DNA of 64,000 bases from an uncultured Phascolarctobacterium sp. (GTDB lineage Bacteria > Bacillota > Negativicutes > Acidaminococcales > Acidaminococcaceae). Location: contig NZ_CABQHJ010000003.1 in the NCBI RefSeq assembly GCF_902463975.1, forward strand, positions 38,854 to 102,853, given 5' to 3'. The translations under genes and the position numbers were made by a program. Positions 1-9,493 of the stretch are shown here, piece by piece. The notes beneath the pieces were generated by a model that worked only from the letters and a program-made list of their open reading frames with translations, was not told where the DNA came from and ran no database searches. Within the stretch, counting starts at the first letter, position 1. Every line of letters begins with the position of its first letter.

Positions 1-480
1 CCGTACGTGATTTCAACAGTTACAGGCTTAACGTCAATGCTGCCTACCTGTTGGAAGTAGGTGAACTGGGTGATTTCCATACCATCCAGCCAAACCTCCC
101 AGCCAAGGCCCCAAGCGCCCAGAGTCGGGGATTCCCAGTTATCCTCTACAAAGCGGATATCATGCTCCTCCTGATGAATGCCAAGCTCAGCCAAGCTCTG
201 CAGGTACAGCTCCTGAATGTTTTCCGGAGAGGGCTTTACGATAACCTGGAACTGATGATGCTGGAACAGACGGTTCGGGTTATCACCGTAACGGCCGTCT
301 GCCGGACGACGGGAAGGCTCTACGTAAGCCACACGCCAGGGCTCAGGTCCGAGTACGCGTAAAAAGGTAGACGGGTTCATTGTGCCTGCGCCTTTTTCGA
401 TGTCATAGGGCTGTGCCATAATGCAGTTTTGGCCTGCCCAGAATTTTTGCAGCTTCAAAATAATTGTCTGAAAATCCATG
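1..480 (-). CDS. glyQ: glycine--tRNA ligase alpha subunit, N-terminal part (gene continues beyond window start)
   Basis: Reverse-complement translation from ATG (complement of 478-480) gives [48 protein letters not shown]...[19 protein letters not shown]...[17 protein letters not shown], a close match to the GlyQ N-terminus. GGAGGT Shine-Dalgarno sequence sits 7 nt upstream. Confidence 0.85.
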
Positions 481-530
481 TTTTACCTCCTATATTTGTT
501 ACAAAGACGGCAATGGCAGCAGCTTTGTCC

Positions 531-790
531 GAAAAAACAAAAAAGCACCCGCGTCCCCGTAACTTAAATGTTACAGGGACGGAGTGCATACAGCTCGGAC
601 TCCGCGGTTCCACCCTGCTTGACTGCAATTATCTGCAGCCCGCCTCAATCAATATACTATTACAGCTCCAAAGCGCCTTCATCTGCATTTGCCGCCTTGC
701 ACTGTCACGGCTCGCTGAGTTTGCAGATTACTACTCTTCTTCTTAGCTTAACTGTTAGTATATAAAATACAGCGCTGTTTGTCAAGAGTT
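531..790 (-). promoter_or_regulatory. glycine T-box leader for glyQ (promoter, specifier region, T-box sequence, terminator/antiterminator)
   Basis: On the minus strand: promoter TTGACA (780-785) - 17 nt - TATACT (757-762). The conserved T-box AGGGUGGAACCGCGG is the complement of 602-616. A 12-bp terminator stem (complement of 552-563 with 570-581) is followed by UUUUUUGUUUUUU. A GGC triplet (gAAGGCGcu) in the leader is a plausible Gly specifier. Confidence 0.75.
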
Positions 791-965
791 GGAGATAATT
801 TTGTAAATAATGCGTGCATAGAAAAACCGCCCCCAAAACTTTGCCCAGTAGCGGAGCGGATTTTTCTAAACCAGTTACTTCAGGCAACCCACCTCTGTGG
901 GCGGTTGTCTTTCTATGTTCAATATATCACAAAAGACTAGCTTTTGCAAGCAGCACAGAACGAAC

Positions 966-2219
966 TTACTTTTTTTTCACACCTTGACGGCGGTTGCTGC
1001 CTGTTTTAGGAGCCTTGCGCTTATCAGCGACAGCATTGCGTCCGCGCTTAGGTCCTGCGGGCTTTTTCTTTTTGGCAGCCACAGCAACGCGGCGTGCCAC
1101 AACTCCGCCCTCCAGGTTTTGGCGCTCCATCATAATACCCAGTTTATTTTCAATATTGCGCAGCCATTTAACCTCGTCGGCAGTATAAAGCGTAATTGCT
1201 TCGCCCTCATTGCCTGCGCGTCCGGTACGGCCGATGCGGTGAACATACCAATCAACATCATGCGGAATATCATAGTTCACAACATGGGTTACGCCTTCAA
1301 CGTCCAATCCGCGGGCAGCCAGGTCACTGGCAACCAGAATCTGGATTTTGGCATCACGAAAGGCCTTCATAACAGTTTTGCGTTTGGCAGGAGACATTTC
1401 GCCATGCAGGACGTCAACATTATAGCCCTGCATGCCTAGCCAGTCGCCCAGCTCCTTGGTGCGCTCCTTGCTCATGCAGAAAACAATCATCAGATACGGG
1501 TTCAGGCGGTCAATGAGTGCTGCCACAGCCTTGTTCTTATATTCGTCGGTTGTTTTCAGGCAAATTTGCTTGATTTTTTCAACGGTAGCCTGGTCAGGAT
1601 TGATATCAATCAGCGCGCAGTTCTTCGTCAGCTTGCGTCCCAGCTTGCGCACCTCTTCCGACAGAGTTGCGGAGCAAAGCATCGTCTGATGCTCCGGCGC
1701 TGTCATAGCAATCAGCTCCAGCGCTTCATCCATAAAGCCCTGCTGCAGCATTTCGTCTACCTCATCCAGTACCAGGTAGCGTACACCGCCAAGATCGGTA
1801 TTACCCTTGCGGATATGGTCCAGCAGGCGTCCGGGAGTACCGATCAGCACATGGCTGCGTCCCTCCAGCTTATATTTTTGCGTTTCGAAATCACGTCCGC
1901 CGGTAACAGCCAGCACCTTAATATCGCTCTCGCCAAGAATTTTTTTCATTTCGGTGGCAATCTGCTGTGCCAGCTCGCGTGTCGGCGTAATTACCAGAGC
2001 CTGCACATAGCTTTTGGCAGTATCGATTTTTTCTGCCAACGGCACCAGGAAAGCCAGTGTCTTGCCTGTACCCGTCTGCGCACGGGCAATTACGTCACGT
2101 CCGGCAAACAGCGCCGGGATAGCCTGCTCCTGTACCGGCATCGGCTTTTTGATGCCCATTTTCTGGAGCTGCTCTACAGTGTGCGCACAAACCTTTAAGG
2201 CTGCAAATCCATTTGTCAT
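966..2219 (-). CDS. DEAD-box ATP-dependent RNA helicase (CshA/DeaD-like) with basic C-terminal tail
   Basis: Motifs AQTGTGKT (Walker A), DEVDEM (DEAD-box variant), SAT and HRIGRTGRAG are present, with a Lys/Arg-rich tail. GAGGAAAAGAGGA lies upstream of the ATG. Confidence 0.9.
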   Translation of the reverse strand: MTNGFAALKVCAHTVEQLQKMGIKKPMPVQEQAIPALFAGRDVIARAQTGTGKTLAFLVPLAEKIDTAKSYVQALVITPTRELAQQIATEMKKILGESDIKVLAVTGGRDFETQKYKLEGRSHVLIGTPGRLLDHIRKGNTDLGGVRYLVLDEVDEMLQQGFMDEALELIAMTAPEHQTMLCSATLSEEVRKLGRKLTKNCALIDINPDQATVEKIKQICLKTTDEYKNKAVAALIDRLNPYLMIVFCMSKERTKELGDWLGMQGYNVDVLHGEMSPAKRKTVMKAFRDAKIQILVASDLAARGLDVEGVTHVVNYDIPHDVDWYVHRIGRTGRAGNEGEAITLYTADEVKWLRNIENKLGIMMERQNLEGGVVARRVAVAAKKKKPAGPKRGRNAVADKRKAPKTGSNRRQGVKKK

Positions 2220-2446
2220 TTCACATTCCTCTTTTCCTCTAAAATTTATCTTCTGACCTTATGGTCTTTTTTCTCTATAACTTTAGTATTATATCATAAA
2301 TCAGGCATAAACGAAAAGATGCTGCAAAGTTTTTTCTGGCCAAAATAATTGCACCAGCCTGAAAATTATCCATAGCTCTTATAACGAAGCCTTTGAAAAC
2401 AACTATATCGCACACATATCACTATTAAAGCTTACAAGCGTCAAAA

Positions 2447-2485
2447 ATCCCCTGTCGACAACTGCCGACAGGGGATTCAGCTTAT
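2447..2485 (-). terminator. rho-independent terminator after the U32 peptidase gene
   Basis: 12-bp inverted repeat AATCCCCTGTCG...CGACAGGGGATT, followed on the minus strand by UUUUGACGCUUG. Confidence 0.6.
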
Positions 2486-2493
2486 ATTTACTT

Positions 2494-4959
2494 TTACATT
2501 ACGCCTCTGAAATAGTGGCCTCTTGTAGTACCCGGCAGATTTTCCGGTGCCTCCACCGCTCCGCCGATAATCTTACGGTACAGCGCCACAAGCTCGCCCA
2601 AGCGTGCTGCATCGTAATCACGGCCGTCAATTCTCAGCGCCGCTACGCCTGCTTCCGCCATATGCTGCACATTGGCAGTCATCGAAAGCTCATGTGCATT
2701 CAGAATATGCATGCGGCAGAACTGGTCCGTAACAATCGGGAAGCGTGCATCCTTACGGTCGCCCAGGAACAAAGGCTCTGCACAGTTAAACTGGCAGGCA
2801 CCCTTATCCAACGCACCCAGGAAGCTGCCACCTACGCAGTATTCGGAAACCATCATTTCCAAACGTCCCTGAATCATGCACTCCAACGGCAGCGGGCTGA
2901 CGCTCACAAGATGCTCAACCTGCGCCATAGTCAGCTCGGGGCTGAGCACTGCACCTGCAGCGCCCTGCTCTTGCCAGAACTGCAGCGTCTGGCTGTTGAA
3001 GATGTTCAAAGACATGTCTGCCACCAGGTTGAGTCCGACGTACTTCTTTGCCAAGGGCCACAAACCGTTGTTGTTGATATAAACAAAATCCGGCTGCAGC
3101 TCTTCCCACAATTTGAAGAGCTTATCGAAATATGCCAGCTGTGCTTCCTTGATGATACGCGGTGTAGCAAAGGCCAGCTGACGGCCTGCCTTGCGCACCA
3201 GCTTGGCAGCCTTGGCATAATCAGCCTCGGACGGCAGCTGATGGTTGAAGCAGTCACCGCCGAAGAGAATACGCTCCGCACCTGCCTGCAGCGCAGCATT
3301 GACCTTCTCAACGCTGTCGCAATGCACTACCAGAACGGTTTCATGCTGTTTAGCCTTATGTGCCTGCGGCACTAATTGCTCGCTGAAGCTGTGCACCGCT
3401 GTGCGCGCAGGAGCGAAAGCACTCAAACGCGCAGCGTCCAGTGCTTCGCACGCCATACGGCGTGCTTCGTTCATTTCGCTCATCGGCACCATAACATTTT
3501 CATCATGCTCAAAGAGCAGGCTGTTCAGAAAATATTCTGTCGTACCCAAGCGGTCCAGCTGCTTGCGCACACCGGCCTCGTCCAGCGCACGCTTGCGTGC
3601 TGCCTCGACAATAAAATCGGTTTCACCGTAGCCGACATTGCCTTCATCATCCGTCAGCGTAACGGTCATAGGCTCGCCTAAGCGCGCAGTAACAACAGCA
3701 TCTACCGGAATACGTTTTTTAGCGTCCGGTCCGAAGAACTGCTGCGCATAGCTCATCAGTCTGCTGTCGAGCGTACGGAAAACGCGGTCATTCAAGCGTA
3801 CGCCGTTAGGCACATCAATCGTTACCTGCTGGCCGGGAGCAGCGCTCTGCACACTGTTGCCGCCGCACAGCATATCCGTAACAGTGGTACCCACGCGTCC
3901 ACCCACGCTTACCCAGAACTCCAAGCCATCGCCCAGATGCAGCTCCTTATCCAGCTTGATAACTGCCTTATTACGGTTTTTATCCAGCTTCGCTACACGA
4001 CCGATAAGCACGCCGCGGTTGTTGGGACGGCGGTCGCTCATCATCGTGCGTCCGGGACGACGCTCCAGATAAGCGGTGGTAAAGTCACGGTTGAAGATTT
4101 GCTCTATATTCGCCAAATCCTCCTCCGGCACATTGTAGTCACCGGCAAGATAGCTGTCAATCGCACGGCGGTAAGCATCTACTACTACCGCAACATATTC
4201 GGGGCGCTTCATGCGTCCTTCGATTTTATAGGACACAACTCCTGCGTCAATCAGCTGCGGCAAAATGCTCAAGGTATTCATATCCTTGGGGCTCAGCAGA
4301 TACTGACCTGCATCCTTGCCCTGCAGCATATCCTCATCCTTCGCGTTGAGCAGCTTATACGGCAGACGGCAAGGCTGGGCACAGCGTCCGCGGTTGCCGC
4401 TGCGGCCGCCGATAAGGCTGCTCATCAGGCATTGACCGCTGTAGCATACGCACAAAGCACCGTGAATAAAGGTTTCAATCTCACTGCCGCGGCTGCAGGC
4501 TGCGCCGATTTCCTTCAGGCTCAGCTCACGCGCCAATACGCTGCGCTCCATGCCTGCGCCCATAGCGAAGTCTACACCGCTGCTGTTGGTAATGCTCATC
4601 TGCGTGCTGGCATGCAGCGGCAGCTCCGGTACAATTTTCTGTGCCAGGCGGATGACACCCAAATCCTGCACAATGAGTCCGTCTACGCCTACGTTATTCA
4701 AGAACAACAGGTAAGCGGATAAAGCCTCCAGCTCGCTGTCATCAACCAAAGTATTGACGGTAATATACAGGCGTACATGGTGCATGTGAGCAAAGTACAC
4801 CGCCTTCGCCATTTCCTCTTCATCAAAATTGCTAGCATAGGCACGTGCGCCAAAGGCTTTACCGCCCATATATACAGCATCGGCGCCGGCGTTTACCGCT
4901 GCCTCCAAGGCTTCCCAGCTGCCTGCGGGAGCAAGCAGTTCTATTGTTTTCTTCTCCAT
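2494..4959 (-). CDS. U32 family peptidase, long form (~820 aa, collagenase-like PrtC family with C-terminal extension)
   Basis: The N-terminus MEKKTIELLAPAGSWEALEAAVNAGADAVYMGG... is typical of peptidase U32. A second U32-like region and a ~300-aa extension follow. Confidence 0.85.
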   Translation of the reverse strand: MEKKTIELLAPAGSWEALEAAVNAGADAVYMGGKAFGARAYASNFDEEEMAKAVYFAHMHHVRLYITVNTLVDDSELEALSAYLLFLNNVGVDGLIVQDLGVIRLAQKIVPELPLHASTQMSITNSSGVDFAMGAGMERSVLARELSLKEIGAACSRGSEIETFIHGALCVCYSGQCLMSSLIGGRSGNRGRCAQPCRLPYKLLNAKDEDMLQGKDAGQYLLSPKDMNTLSILPQLIDAGVVSYKIEGRMKRPEYVAVVVDAYRRAIDSYLAGDYNVPEEDLANIEQIFNRDFTTAYLERRPGRTMMSDRRPNNRGVLIGRVAKLDKNRNKAVIKLDKELHLGDGLEFWVSVGGRVGTTVTDMLCGGNSVQSAAPGQQVTIDVPNGVRLNDRVFRTLDSRLMSYAQQFFGPDAKKRIPVDAVVTARLGEPMTVTLTDDEGNVGYGETDFIVEAARKRALDEAGVRKQLDRLGTTEYFLNSLLFEHDENVMVPMSEMNEARRMACEALDAARLSAFAPARTAVHSFSEQLVPQAHKAKQHETVLVVHCDSVEKVNAALQAGAERILFGGDCFNHQLPSEADYAKAAKLVRKAGRQLAFATPRIIKEAQLAYFDKLFKLWEELQPDFVYINNNGLWPLAKKYVGLNLVADMSLNIFNSQTLQFWQEQGAAGAVLSPELTMAQVEHLVSVSPLPLECMIQGRLEMMVSEYCVGGSFLGALDKGACQFNCAEPLFLGDRKDARFPIVTDQFCRMHILNAHELSMTANVQHMAEAGVAALRIDGRDYDAARLGELVALYRKIIGGAVEAPENLPGTTRGHYFRGVM

Positions 4960-4966
4960 ATGTTAT

Positions 4967-5392
4967 CTACCTTTCACGCACTGCTGCCTGCAGTCTTTCA
5001 TATCTGGCCTGCAGCTCTTGCAGCTCCTGTACCAGGGCAGCATTTCTTTGCTGCATCTGCTGTTCCATTGCAGTATATTGCTCCTGCAATTGCTGCTCTG
5101 CTGCTACGCACTTTTGCTGCAGCTCCTGCTCCATCGCAGTACACTTTTCCTGCATCTCCTGCTTCAAGGCAGCACATTTTTCCTGCAGCTCCAATCTTTC
5201 AGCCGCCAGGTCAAGCGCAGTCCAAATAGCCAGCTTATCCGTCTGCAGCAGCTTTTTGCTTTCTGCCAGCTCCTGCATTCTTCTGTCTACCTCTGCTGCT
5301 ATTTTCAGTACCTGCTCTTCGGAGGCAGAGGTCGTTAATGCATAGGTACTATTATATATTTTTACAGAAACTGATGCTTTTTCCATAAACAC
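4967..5392 (-). CDS. zapA: cell division protein ZapA-like with an extended repetitive coiled-coil tail
   Basis: N-terminus ...VSVKIYNSTYALTTSASEEQVLKIAAEVDRRMQEL matches the ZapA fold signature. The C-terminus consists of 11-aa heptad-like repeats. Confidence 0.65.
   Translation of the reverse strand: MFMEKASVSVKIYNSTYALTTSASEEQVLKIAAEVDRRMQELAESKKLLQTDKLAIWTALDLAAERLELQEKCAALKQEMQEKCTAMEQELQQKCVAAEQQLQEQYTAMEQQMQQRNAALVQELQELQARYERLQAAVRER
5035..5200. repeat. intragenic 33-bp tandem repeat (~5 units) inside zapA
   Basis: Units such as ctcctgctccatcgcagtacacttttcctgcat and ctcctgcttcaaggcagcacatttttcctgcag repeat in frame. They encode EKCAALKQEMQ / EKCTAMEQELQ / QKCVAAEQQLQ / EQYTAMEQQMQ. 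Confidence 0.7.
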
Positions 5393-5402
5393 ATCCTCTA
5401 GC

Positions 5403-6245
5403 TTATTCTGCGATAACGGTAAAGTTAAAGCTTTGCAGGCTCAGCTTTTCCCAAGAGCGCTTGTAATCCATGCGGATATTATAGGTGCCTGGCTTGGTAA
5501 CCGCCAGCACCAGAATTTCAATGCCGGGTGCGCCAACTCTTTCCTCTTCACTGCGCGGAATAGTAAACGAACTGCCTACCCTGCTTACTGCCGGTGAGCT
5601 GCAGGCAAATTGCCAGCCGTAGCCGGTGGAAGGATTGCTGTCCAGCTTCAGCGCCATCAGTCCGCTTGCAGGCAGACGCAGTGTTTTGCCTGCAGCCTTA
5701 TCGGTAATTTTCGCCAGCTGCAGCAAGCGTCCCGCTTCGCCGATGCGCAGAGAGGTAACTACATCCCTGTAGGGCACAAAGCTGCTGTAGGCTGCGTTCT
5801 TCTTGCTGCGCACAAACAAGCCCTCTTCGCCGAAGAGCACATTATCATAATTGCCCAAAGCAGCCTTTACGTTATCATTATCAACAAAGAAATCCGTAAC
5901 CTCGAACTCCTTGCCGGTGGTCAAATCAAGATTTAAACCGGTGCACGCCTTGCGTCCGCCATTATCTGCTTCCAGCAAAAGGCTCACCAGGCTCGGACGG
6001 TTCAGCATCACCTTATAGGTCACGCTTCCCTGACCGCCAACCTCTTTTACCAGCTTAGCTGCAGCGTCACGCACCAAAGCGTTGGCCTGTTTTTCCAGCT
6101 CTGCTGAATTACTGCCGTCAATATAGGGCAGCGTTGCCGTAGCCTTGCCGACAGAGGTCTGTTCAGTCAGCACCGTGGTCTGCTGGTCTGCCAATACCGG
6201 CAGCGATAAGCACAAGCATAATAATGTTGTCAACAGGATTTTCAT
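5403..6245 (-). CDS. secreted or membrane-anchored protein with a C-terminal chagasin-family (I42) cysteine-protease inhibitor domain
   Basis: Start taken at MKILLTTLLCLCLSLPVLA (signal peptide), with AAGGAG 9 nt upstream. The C-terminus carries the chagasin motifs NPSTGYGW, GAPG and Y.KRSW (equivalent to RPW). The N-terminal domain is uncharacterised. Confidence 0.6.
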   Translation of the reverse strand: MKILLTTLLCLCLSLPVLADQQTTVLTEQTSVGKATATLPYIDGSNSAELEKQANALVRDAAAKLVKEVGGQGSVTYKVMLNRPSLVSLLLEADNGGRKACTGLNLDLTTGKEFEVTDFFVDNDNVKAALGNYDNVLFGEEGLFVRSKKNAAYSSFVPYRDVVTSLRIGEAGRLLQLAKITDKAAGKTLRLPASGLMALKLDSNPSTGYGWQFACSSPAVSRVGSSFTIPRSEEERVGAPGIEILVLAVTKPGTYNIRMDYKRSWEKLSLQSFNFTVIAE

Positions 6246-6310
6246 AGCCTGCAGCTCCTTTCCAAAAAACATTTCCCGGGACATATTAAGCTGCAATATG
6301 CCCTGTAAAA

Positions 6311-6345
6311 ATTAAGCAGGAAGAATGCCCTCCTGCTTAATCAAA
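6311..6345 (-). terminator. rho-independent terminator after gltX
   Basis: Inverted repeat TTAAGCAGGA...TCCTGCTTAA, followed on the minus strand by UUUUUAC. Confidence 0.55.
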
Positions 6346-6385
6346 GCAATCGCGCTAAAATTAGCCGCTAATCGCTATTTTACAA

Positions 6386-7855
6386 TCATAAACTTTTAAT
6401 GTATTCAACAGCCTTTTCCAGACGCGCCAGGGTTCTTTCCTTGCCCAGCAGCACCATAACATCAAACATACCGGGGCTTACAGTGCGTCCGGTCAGAGCC
6501 AGACGAGTTGGATGGATAACCTTGCCCAGAGCCAGGCCATTATCAGCAGCAATCTTGTTATAAGCTGCTTCGGTAGAAGCCAGGTCATAAACATCATCAG
6601 CCTTAATTGCTGCAATACATTGCTCCAGTACAGGAATATTTTCTGCCTTGAAGTGCTTAGCCACACCCTTTTCATCATACTCTTCAACATCCTTGAAGAA
6701 GTAGGTGGAGGCATCAGCAACCTCCTGCAGAGTTTTAACACGTACACGTACAACGTCTACGAGCTTTTCAAAGTATGCTTCGTTGGCAGCATCGTTGAAC
6801 CATTCTTCGGTTACCAGGCCATCTTTCACGAAGAAAGGCTTAGCATCCGGCAGAATTTTTGCCAGCGGCAGCTCGGACAGATATTGGCCGTTCATCCAGG
6901 TGAGCTTTTTGGTGTCGTAAATAGCAGCCTTTTTGCTCATCTGCTCCAGCTCAAACAGCTTAACGGTTTCTTCCAGAGTGAAGATTTCGCGCTCATCGCC
7001 AGGGCCCCAGCCAAGCAGAGTCAGATAGTTGATGATAGCTTCCGGCAGGTAGCCTTGGCTGCGGAATTCTTCAACGGAGGTTGCACCGTGGCGTTTGCTC
7101 AGCTTGGAACGGTCCATAGCCAGAATCATCGGCATATGACCGAACTTAGGCGGCTCCCAGCCCAGTGCTTCGTAAACCAGCAGCTGCTTCGGAGTGTTGG
7201 AAAGATGCTCCTCAGCGCGCAGTACGTGAGTCATGCCCATCAGATGGTCATCGACACAAACAGCAAAGTTATAGGTAGGAATACCGTTAGATTTTACAAT
7301 TACGAAATCGTCGAACTGGTCCATGTTAAAGGTAACTTCGCCATGAATCAGGTCATGCACGGTGATGCTGCCCTCGGCAGGAATCTTGATACGGATAGAA
7401 TACGGTTCGCCTGCAGCGATACGTGCTTTAGCCTCTTCTGCCGGAATATCGCGGCAGGTACGTGCATAGCGGAACGGTTGCTTAGCAGCGCGTTGTTTTT
7501 CACGTTGTGCAGCCAGATCCTCGGTAGTGCAGAAGCAGTAGTATGCTTTGCCTTCGTCCAGCAGCTGCTGAGCATATTTTTTGTAAATATCAAAGCGCTC
7601 GGACTGATAGTAAGGACCGTATTCGCCGCCGGCCTCCGGGCCTTCATCCCAGTTGATGCCCAACCATTTCAGGCTGGTAAGGATTTGGCTCACGGAATCC
7701 TCTTTCAGACGTTCAATATCGGTATCCTCGATACGCAGAATCAGCTTGCCGCCCATTTTGCGGGCAAACAGCCAGTTAAACAGCGCAGTACGCGCACCAC
7801 CAATATGTAAATACCCAGTAGGACTGGGAGCAAATCTTACTCTGACTTCAGACAT
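6386..7855 (-). CDS. gltX: glutamate--tRNA ligase
   Basis: MSEVRVRFAPSPTGYLHIGGARTALFNWLFAR... includes the HIGH-class motif and a KLSKR motif. Full-length similarity to GluRS. Confidence 0.95.
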   Translation of the reverse strand: MSEVRVRFAPSPTGYLHIGGARTALFNWLFARKMGGKLILRIEDTDIERLKEDSVSQILTSLKWLGINWDEGPEAGGEYGPYYQSERFDIYKKYAQQLLDEGKAYYCFCTTEDLAAQREKQRAAKQPFRYARTCRDIPAEEAKARIAAGEPYSIRIKIPAEGSITVHDLIHGEVTFNMDQFDDFVIVKSNGIPTYNFAVCVDDHLMGMTHVLRAEEHLSNTPKQLLVYEALGWEPPKFGHMPMILAMDRSKLSKRHGATSVEEFRSQGYLPEAIINYLTLLGWGPGDEREIFTLEETVKLFELEQMSKKAAIYDTKKLTWMNGQYLSELPLAKILPDAKPFFVKDGLVTEEWFNDAANEAYFEKLVDVVRVRVKTLQEVADASTYFFKDVEEYDEKGVAKHFKAENIPVLEQCIAAIKADDVYDLASTEAAYNKIAADNGLALGKVIHPTRLALTGRTVSPGMFDVMVLLGKERTLARLEKAVEYIKSL

Positions 7856-7906
7856 TTCATCGTCTCCTTACATTTTAATTACAAATATAGATTGTCAACC
7901 AGATTA

Positions 7907-7935
7907 ATTATACAGCTTTACTGAAAAAAGTGCAA
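7907..7935 (-). promoter_or_regulatory. putative sigma70 promoter for gltX (TTGCAC-17-TATAAT)
   Basis: -35 element is the complement of 7930-7935 and -10 is the complement of 7907-7912, with a 17-nt spacer, about 50 nt upstream of the gltX start. Confidence 0.4.
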
Positions 7936-8054
7936 ATATTAATCTGTCTTGTCGTCTGCTTTTATTTTTCTTCATGATTCAAAGAAAAAACATTTCTGAA
8001 CGGCTTCGTTCATAGAAAACGTCTTTTATTGCTATTATTTCGCATTTTTTTCGT

Positions 8055-8083
8055 TTGTCTAACCGTTAATTTCGTATTATAAT
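8055..8083 (+). promoter_or_regulatory. putative sigma70 promoter for alkA (TTGTCT-17-TATAAT)
   Basis: -35 at 8055-8060 and -10 at 8078-8083, about 30 nt upstream of the start codon. Confidence 0.4.
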
Positions 8084-8110
8084 ATTGTAATAAAGTAAAC
8101 ATAAAGGAGG

Positions 8111-8743
8111 ATGCTTATGTGCCAAGCCCCAGATTGGTCTATTGGTGACCGCTATCTGCGTGAAAACGTTCCAGAGCTCGCCCCATTAGTTACACGTTAT
8201 TCGCCATGTCCGTTAACCCCAAAATCTAAAGAGGTTTATTTTACTACATTATTAACCGGTATAATTGCCCAACAGCTGCCGCCAAATGTCAGTCAGGAGC
8301 TGATGAAAAAGCTGGAAGCCCTCACCGGCAATCCCATTACACCGCAGGCAGTACTGGCAACCCCGATTGATGCTCTGCTCGAAATCGGTCTTGTAAAGCA
8401 AAAAATAGATTACGTGCGCAGCTTTGCTGAAGCAGTCATCAATGGCAGCGTAACCATGGATAAGTTCGATGATATGACCGACAGCCAGATTACCAAACAG
8501 CTGATGCAAATCCGCGGTCTCGGTCAATGGACCATTGAAATGTTTCTGCTGCTGGCTCTGTGCCGCACGGACGTTGTTCCCAGCGCTGACTTCATCTTCA
8601 AAAAGGAGCTGCAAAAAATGCTCAATCTTAGCGAAATTCCTAAACGCGGCAAAATCAATACACTAACAGAAAGCTGGCGTCCCTGGCGCTCGCTCGCAGT
8701 GTGGTACATTTGGCAAAAAGCCAACGATTCCGAAAAAAAATAA
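8111..8743 (+). CDS. alkA: DNA-3-methyladenine glycosylase II family (HhH-GPD, AlkA-like)
   Basis: ...IRGLGQWTIEMFLLLALCRTDVVPSADFIF... matches the AlkA helix-hairpin-helix motif and GPD region. The true start may be the second ATG at 8117, which has better spacing to AAGGAGG. Confidence 0.8.
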   Translation: MLMCQAPDWSIGDRYLRENVPELAPLVTRYSPCPLTPKSKEVYFTTLLTGIIAQQLPPNVSQELMKKLEALTGNPITPQAVLATPIDALLEIGLVKQKIDYVRSFAEAVINGSVTMDKFDDMTDSQITKQLMQIRGLGQWTIEMFLLLALCRTDVVPSADFIFKKELQKMLNLSEIPKRGKINTLTESWRPWRSLAVWYIWQKANDSEKK

Positions 8744-8753
8744 CGCTAAAAAC

Positions 8754-8806
8754 AAAACCGTCCTTCCCTGTCTGCATCCGCAGACAACGGGAAAGGACGG
8801 TTTTTC
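8754..8806. terminator. bidirectional rho-independent terminator between alkA and rpe
   Basis: AAAACCGTCCTTCCC...GGGAAAGGACGGTTTTTC is a 12-bp GC-rich stem flanked by A and T runs. Confidence 0.75.
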
Positions 8807-8848
8807 TTATTCTCCGAACACTATTTACTGTTCACTAATCACTGAATA

Positions 8849-9493
8849 CTATTTCAGGCTGGCAATAGCAGCAGCAGTATCCTCAGCGCCATAAACATAG
8901 GAGCCTGCTACCAATACGTTGGCACCGGCAGCCTTCACCAGCTTGGAGGTTTCGGCATTAACGCCGCCGTCAACCTGAATATCTACGTTCAGGCCACGCT
9001 CGGTAATCATCGCATGCAGGCGCTCAATCTTCGGCACTACGCCTTCAATAAAGCTTTGGCCGCCAAAGCCGGGGTTTACGGTCATCAGCAGTACCATGTC
9101 AACGTAAGGCAGAATTTCTTCTACCGTACTCAGGCTGGTAACAGGGTTCAGTGCAACGCCAGCCTTCATGCCCTCAGCCTTGATCTGCTGGATGCAGCGG
9201 TGCAGGTGCTTGGTGGTTTCAACGTGTACAACAATCTGGTCTGCACCGGCAGCCTTAAAGTCGGCAATGTATTTTTCCGGATTTTCTACCATCAGATGGC
9301 AGTCGAAAAACAGGTCGGTTACCTTACGGATTTTTTTCACTACAGGAGCACCAAAGGTCAGGTTAGGTACAAACTGGCCGTCCATTACATCGATGTGTAC
9401 CCAGTCGGCACCGGCAGCTTCAATTTTTTTGATTTCGTCCGCCAGATATGCAAAATCGGCAGATAAAATTGATGGAGCAACTTTAATCATCAT
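8849..9493 (-). CDS. rpe: ribulose-phosphate 3-epimerase
   Basis: MMIKVAPSILSADFAYLADEIKKIEAAGADWVHIDVMDGQFVPNLTFG... is a full-length Rpe match. Confidence 0.95.
   Translation of the reverse strand: MMIKVAPSILSADFAYLADEIKKIEAAGADWVHIDVMDGQFVPNLTFGAPVVKKIRKVTDLFFDCHLMVENPEKYIADFKAAGADQIVVHVETTKHLHRCIQQIKAEGMKAGVALNPVTSLSTVEEILPYVDMVLLMTVNPGFGGQSFIEGVVPKIERLHAMITERGLNVDIQVDGGVNAETSKLVKAAGANVLVAGSYVYGAEDTAAAIASLK

Noticed and set aside
1566-2198. 210-aa plus-strand ORF inside the DEAD-box helicase gene, and similar long antisense ORFs (e.g. 6512-7810 in gltX, 19821-20897 in the DAHP synthase gene, 30376-31581 in the MBL nuclease gene)
   Set aside because: These are antisense to high-confidence conserved genes. 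Their composition is Leu/Arg/Ser-rich with no family signal, which is the typical shadow-ORF pattern of GC-rich coding regions.
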